From NCBI GenBank assembly GCA_963806225.1, contig CAWDXG010000001.1, positions 992,001 through 1,056,000 of the forward strand: a DNA stretch of 64,000 bases, written 5' to 3'. This document shows, in pieces, positions 60,509-64,000 of the stretch. Source of the stretch: an uncultured delta proteobacterium (GTDB lineage Bacteria; Myxococcota_A; Polyangia; Polyangiales; Polyangiaceae). A program made the translations under genes and the position numbers. Each line of letters begins with the position of its first letter. Within the stretch, counting starts at the first letter, position 1. The notes below the pieces were generated by a model. The model was not told the DNA's origin, did no database searches, and saw only the letters and a program-made list of their open reading frames with translations.

Positions 60509-63082
60509 TCAAGGACAGGTGAGGCCGGAGCCCCACAGCTCGTAGCCGCTGTCGCTGCGCACCAGGAAGACCGACAACACGTGGTCGCCAACCCGCCACA
60601 GTGCGCCCTGGCCCGAGTCCTTGCCCTCAGGCGAGAGCGTGACGGGATCGCCGGAGGGAGCCAGGTTTGCATCGAGCGTCTGGGCGCGAACGGTGCGCGA
60701 GCCCGGCTTGCCTTCGGTCCACTGGATCAGCCATCTTCCGCCCGGCAGGCCAACGGCGGCCGGTGAGATGCCGTCGCCGCCGGGACCACCGCTCGGCAGC
60801 TCGAACTGTTGCGAGGTGCGCGGCGCCTTGCCCAGCGCGGCGTGCGCAAGCCGCACGGTCCAGGCGGCGTCGTCGCTCGGGCGCGCCGCGAAGGTGACAA
60901 GCACCTCGCGATCGTTGACTGCTATGTTCGGCGTGCCAACGCGAGGGCCGTCCGCCTTGATCTCCACCAGATCGGTCTTCTTCTCGCCGTCGGGCGTGAG
61001 CCAGCCGACGCGCACTTCGCCGTCGCGCCCGCCGCGGCGGAACGTGACCGCGTGGCCTACGCCGTGGACGCTCACGACGCGTGGCTCGGTGATGCGCTGG
61101 TCGCCCGCGCCCGGCCAGATCGTCTCGGGCTCGCCGTAGCCGATGGCACGCGCCACACCGGCCTTGGTGATGCCCAGGATGAACGGTGGAGCGGCGTCCA
61201 CCGTGTGCGCGCTCTGGAGCGGCGAACCATCGCGATCGACTGCAAAGTCCAGCTTCTTGCCGCGGACCAGCGGCACGACACCGAGCACGTTGTGCTCGCC
61301 GTCGCGCGAGAATTCCTGCGTGAGATCGAGCGATGCGGGCTCGACCTTCACGCCGATGGCGGCCGTCGGCGTCGTGGCAAATCCCAGCGCCACCTCGCCC
61401 CCCGGAGCTGTTGCCAGATAGGGCGGTACCCGCACCGCCGTCTTGTCCGCGAGGCGCGAACCGTGTTTCGCCAATGTGCACGCAGCGTGCGCGGGCGCTC
61501 TCGCTGCCGGGGTGCCGGCGCTGGCCTGGGCAGAGCTGCTCGTGGCGGTACCCGCCTTGGCCGGGGTGGCGCTTGTCGCGCCAGCGCTGGAGCCGCCTCC
61601 GCGGAAGAGCGAGACAACCCCGGCGATCAGCAGCACCACGAGCGCCGACCCCACGATGCCGACCACGAGCGCGACGCGGCGGCGCGCGCCCGACGCGGGT
61701 CCAGGAAACGCCGGATCGAGCGACTGCGCCGCGTCGTCGAAGGGATCGGCGCTGGTGTGCGGTGCCCCGGCGCCCGGATCCCCGAACACCGGCAGAGGCG
61801 CTGCTGGAGCCGCGGCCGCCTCGGGGACGCTGTCCCGGTCGAGCTCGGCACTCCACGACGGCAGCGGCGCCTCGTCCGGAGCGTCCAGCTTGATGTGCGT
61901 GGGCAGCTCGCTTTCCAGGTCGGAGTTGTCGAAGACCTGCGTCGGCAGCTCGTTCTCGGGGTCGGATGGGACCGGGACGATGTGCTCCTTGCCGCCCTCC
62001 ATGGGAGGGATCATCAGCGTGGGGAGCTCATGGTCGGGATCGGATGGAACGGGAACGATCGGCTCGTTGCTCTCCGCGAGCGGCGCGGTGACCTGGGTCG
62101 GTGCCTCGTGGTCGGGGTCCGAGGCGACGGGGACGATGGGCTCCGGTTTCTCCTCGGCGGGCGGCTTGTCGCCCGTAGTTCCCGAGCCCACGTTGATGAT
62201 GAGGCTTGGACGGACGCTGGACGCCGCAGCGTCCTCGTTGGCCGGTGCGGAGGAGCGGCTCGGTGCCGCTGCGGGCGCGGCATCGGGCTGGGTCGCATCG
62301 GGTGCAGGAGCAGCCTCCGGTTCGGTGGCTGCGGTCGCCTCCGGCGCCGGCGCTGCGTCCGGCTTCGTGGCATCGACTTCCGTGGTTGCGGTCGGCTCGG
62401 CCGCGCCGGGCTTCGGGGAGCTCGTTCCGGCAGCCGCCGCGGCGGGCGAGGAGACTTCCTCCAGCTCGGCGTCGATCTCGACCAGAAGCTCTTCTTCAAT
62501 TGGCGCTGCTGCGCGCGGCGGCGGTGGCGGTCGTCCGGACGGGCGTCGTGGTGGCGGCGGCGGTCGCGTGGACGGTCGGCGCGGAGGAGGTGGGCGACCC
62601 TGTCCCGACGTGCTCGAAGACGATGCCAGCGGGCGAGGCGGAGCACCGGGGGCCCGCCCCCCAGGGCGCGGCGGAGGCTGCGAGCTGCCGCTCCGCAGCG
62701 GACTGGCCGCGGGTCGAGGCGGGCCCCCCGGGCGCGGCGGCCCGCCGAGCGTCGGCTTCGGGAGCCCGAGCAGGGTGCGTTTCGGCGCCTGGGGCTGCGC
62801 TGCAGGAGCGGACGTGTAGCGTTCGAGCGGGGGCGCTGGCGGGCTCACGACCGACGCGTCGAGGCGCGGCTCCACCGGCGTCCGGAGCTTGTGTCGTGGC
62901 AGTGCATCGGCCAGGTCAGCAACTTCGGCGGCCTGCAGCCATCCGGCCCAGCCCTCCGTCCACACCAGCACATCCGGCGCGAGCACGCCGCTCCGGAGGT
63001 GGGCCCGAAGCTCCTTGCCGTCGACCGTCTTGAGGTCGCCCTGGCTACTGGCCCACCACCACCATTCCTCGTCGTGACTCAC
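60509..63082 (-). CDS. GYF_2 (DUF4339) domain membrane protein with disordered repeat linker and extracellular beta domain
   Basis: N-terminal W..ELRAHLRSGVLAPDVLVWTEGWAGWLQAAEVADL; Pro-rich and acidic linker; TM VALVVGIVGSALVVLLIAGVV; beta-rich C-terminus. Confidence 0.85.
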   Translation of the reverse strand: MSHDEEWWWWASSQGDLKTVDGKELRAHLRSGVLAPDVLVWTEGWAGWLQAAEVADLADALPRHKLRTPVEPRLDASVVSPPAPPLERYTSAPAAQPQAPKRTLLGLPKPTLGGPPRPGGPPRPAASPLRSGSSQPPPRPGGRAPGAPPRPLASSSSTSGQGRPPPPRRPSTRPPPPPRRPSGRPPPPPRAAAPIEEELLVEIDAELEEVSSPAAAAAGTSSPKPGAAEPTATTEVDATKPDAAPAPEATAATEPEAAPAPDATQPDAAPAAAPSRSSAPANEDAAASSVRPSLIINVGSGTTGDKPPAEEKPEPIVPVASDPDHEAPTQVTAPLAESNEPIVPVPSDPDHELPTLMIPPMEGGKEHIVPVPSDPENELPTQVFDNSDLESELPTHIKLDAPDEAPLPSWSAELDRDSVPEAAAAPAAPLPVFGDPGAGAPHTSADPFDDAAQSLDPAFPGPASGARRRVALVVGIVGSALVVLLIAGVVSLFRGGGSSAGATSATPAKAGTATSSSAQASAGTPAARAPAHAACTLAKHGSRLADKTAVRVPPYLATAPGGEVALGFATTPTAAIGVKVEPASLDLTQEFSRDGEHNVLGVVPLVRGKKLDFAVDRDGSPLQSAHTVDAAPPFILGITKAGVARAIGYGEPETIWPGAGDQRITEPRVVSVHGVGHAVTFRRGGRDGEVRVGWLTPDGEKKTDLVEIKADGPRVGTPNIAVNDREVLVTFAARPSDDAAWTVRLAHAALGKAPRTSQQFELPSGGPGGDGISPAAVGLPGGRWLIQWTEGKPGSRTVRAQTLDANLAPSGDPVTLSPEGKDSGQGALWRVGDHVLSVFLVRSDSGYELWGSGLTCP

Positions 63083-63250
63083 GGCACCCGAAGCTACCCC
63101 CCGCGCGCCCCGCGCGACAAGCGCCCTCGAACACTACCGGATCGCGGGCCGGTCCGGCCGGGACGCCCGCGCTCGGCCGTCTTGCCAGCTGTTTGCTAGC
63201 GCGGGCTGCGTCGGGTTGACGGGTCGCGGAGCGCGCCCCAGAAGACTGTC

Positions 63251-63685
63251 GTGGCTCTAGTCCGGTCCGTCGTACTGCTGGTTGCACTGTCGATCGCTCC
63301 TGCTGCGGCCGCCAAGGACGCGCCGAGCAAGGACGAGATCCGCTTCCGGAGCGTGACCCGCGACAATGCCGGCGTGGTGCTTTGCGGCCTGTTCAAGCAG
63401 GGGGGCTGGTTGAAGCAGCCCGTCCGGTCCGCGCGAGCGACGGTCAGCGGCCGCGTCGCAGTCTGCGTGTTCCGGGACGTGAAGCCGGGCGTCTACGCGA
63501 TCTCGGCCTTTCACGACGCGAACGACAACGGAAAGCTCGACAAGAACTTCATCGGCATACCGACGGAGGGATTCTGTGCGTCGCGCGATGCGCGTGCCCG
63601 CTTCGGGCCGCCCAGCTTCAAGGACGCGCGCTTCCGTTACAAGGGCGGCGTGTCCTCGATGCAGGTACGCATGCGATATTTCTAG
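63251..63685 (+). CDS. DUF2141 family secreted protein
   Basis: Signal peptide; PGVYAISAFHDANDNGKLDKNFIGIPTEGFCASRDA..FGPPSFKDARF. Confidence 0.93.
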   Translation: MALVRSVVLLVALSIAPAAAAKDAPSKDEIRFRSVTRDNAGVVLCGLFKQGGWLKQPVRSARATVSGRVAVCVFRDVKPGVYAISAFHDANDNGKLDKNFIGIPTEGFCASRDARARFGPPSFKDARFRYKGGVSSMQVRMRYF

Positions 63686-63712
63686 TCGGTGCAGCTGACG
63701 AAGGGAGGTCAC

Positions 63713-64000
63713 ATGAGCGATTCCGACCGCGTCGAGCCCTGCTATTCGGAACGACTGGACCGGGCGCTGTCGTTCGCAGCCTGCGAGTTCAGGCATCGCG
63801 TGCGCAAGGGCACGGGCGTTCCCTATCTGACGCATCTGCTCGGCGTCATGGTCCTCGTCGCCGAGCACGGCGGCGACGAGGAACAGATGATCGCCGCGCT
63901 GCTCCATGACTATCTCGAGGACATCGACGGCTCGAGCGTCGAGACGCTCGAGCAGCAGTTCGGCGAGCGCGTGGCTCGCTTCGTGCTCGCGTTGAGCGAC
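63713..64000 (+). CDS. HD-domain protein, RelA/SpoT hydrolase / Mesh1-like (runs off window end)
   Basis: Manual translation RLDRALSFA..RVRKGTGVPYLTHLLGV..IAALLHDYLED..QFGERVARFVLALSD; GGGAGG RBS. Confidence 0.88.
   Translation, partial: MSDSDRVEPCYSERLDRALSFAACEFRHRVRKGTGVPYLTHLLGVMVLVAEHGGDEEQMIAALLHDYLEDIDGSSVETLEQQFGERVARFVLALSD

Noticed and set aside
60809..63199. Long antisense or alternate-frame ORFs (e.g. 796 aa here, 659 aa at 25666-27645, 607 aa at 27901-29724)
   Set aside because: Arg/Ala/Gly-rich shadow ORFs expected in high-GC DNA opposite genes with clear motifs.

Overview
A very GC-rich, gene-dense chromosomal segment. Its content is typical of Myxococcota, probably Polyangiaceae-like (inference): four Hanks-type Ser/Thr kinases, FHA proteins, two sigma54 enhancer-binding proteins, Pro-rich membrane proteins and lipoproteins. 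It holds about 50 genes. I found no rRNA, tRNA, CRISPR array or transposase. Recognisable modules: (i) alpha-glucan and central carbon genes (GH57, pgi, glgP); (ii) a neutral-lipid cluster (SCP2-fused hydrolase, WS/DGAT, ABC1/UbiB kinase), plus fabH, an acyl-CoA ligase and a PlsC-like acyltransferase; (iii) a bacterial caleosin/peroxygenase gene divergent from a tightly coupled five-gene operon (kinase-ATPase-TPR sensor, Dyp-associated protein, Dyp peroxidase, SDR, epoxide hydrolase), the best candidate for an undescribed oxylipin/epoxide system; (iv) de novo glycine betaine synthesis (GSMT-SDMT); (v) a divergent HxsB / HxsC-like radical SAM pair with no visible His-Xaa-Ser precursor; (vi) four CBS proteins, one fused to a degenerate GIY-YIG-like domain; (vii) a decaying lipoprotein island at 7.6-11.6 kb. 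Seven sigma54 -24/-12 promoter motifs can be read directly from the sequence. Seven genes carry +1 frameshifts (fabH has two), most likely long-read consensus errors. All family calls come from motif recognition by eye; no database searches were run.
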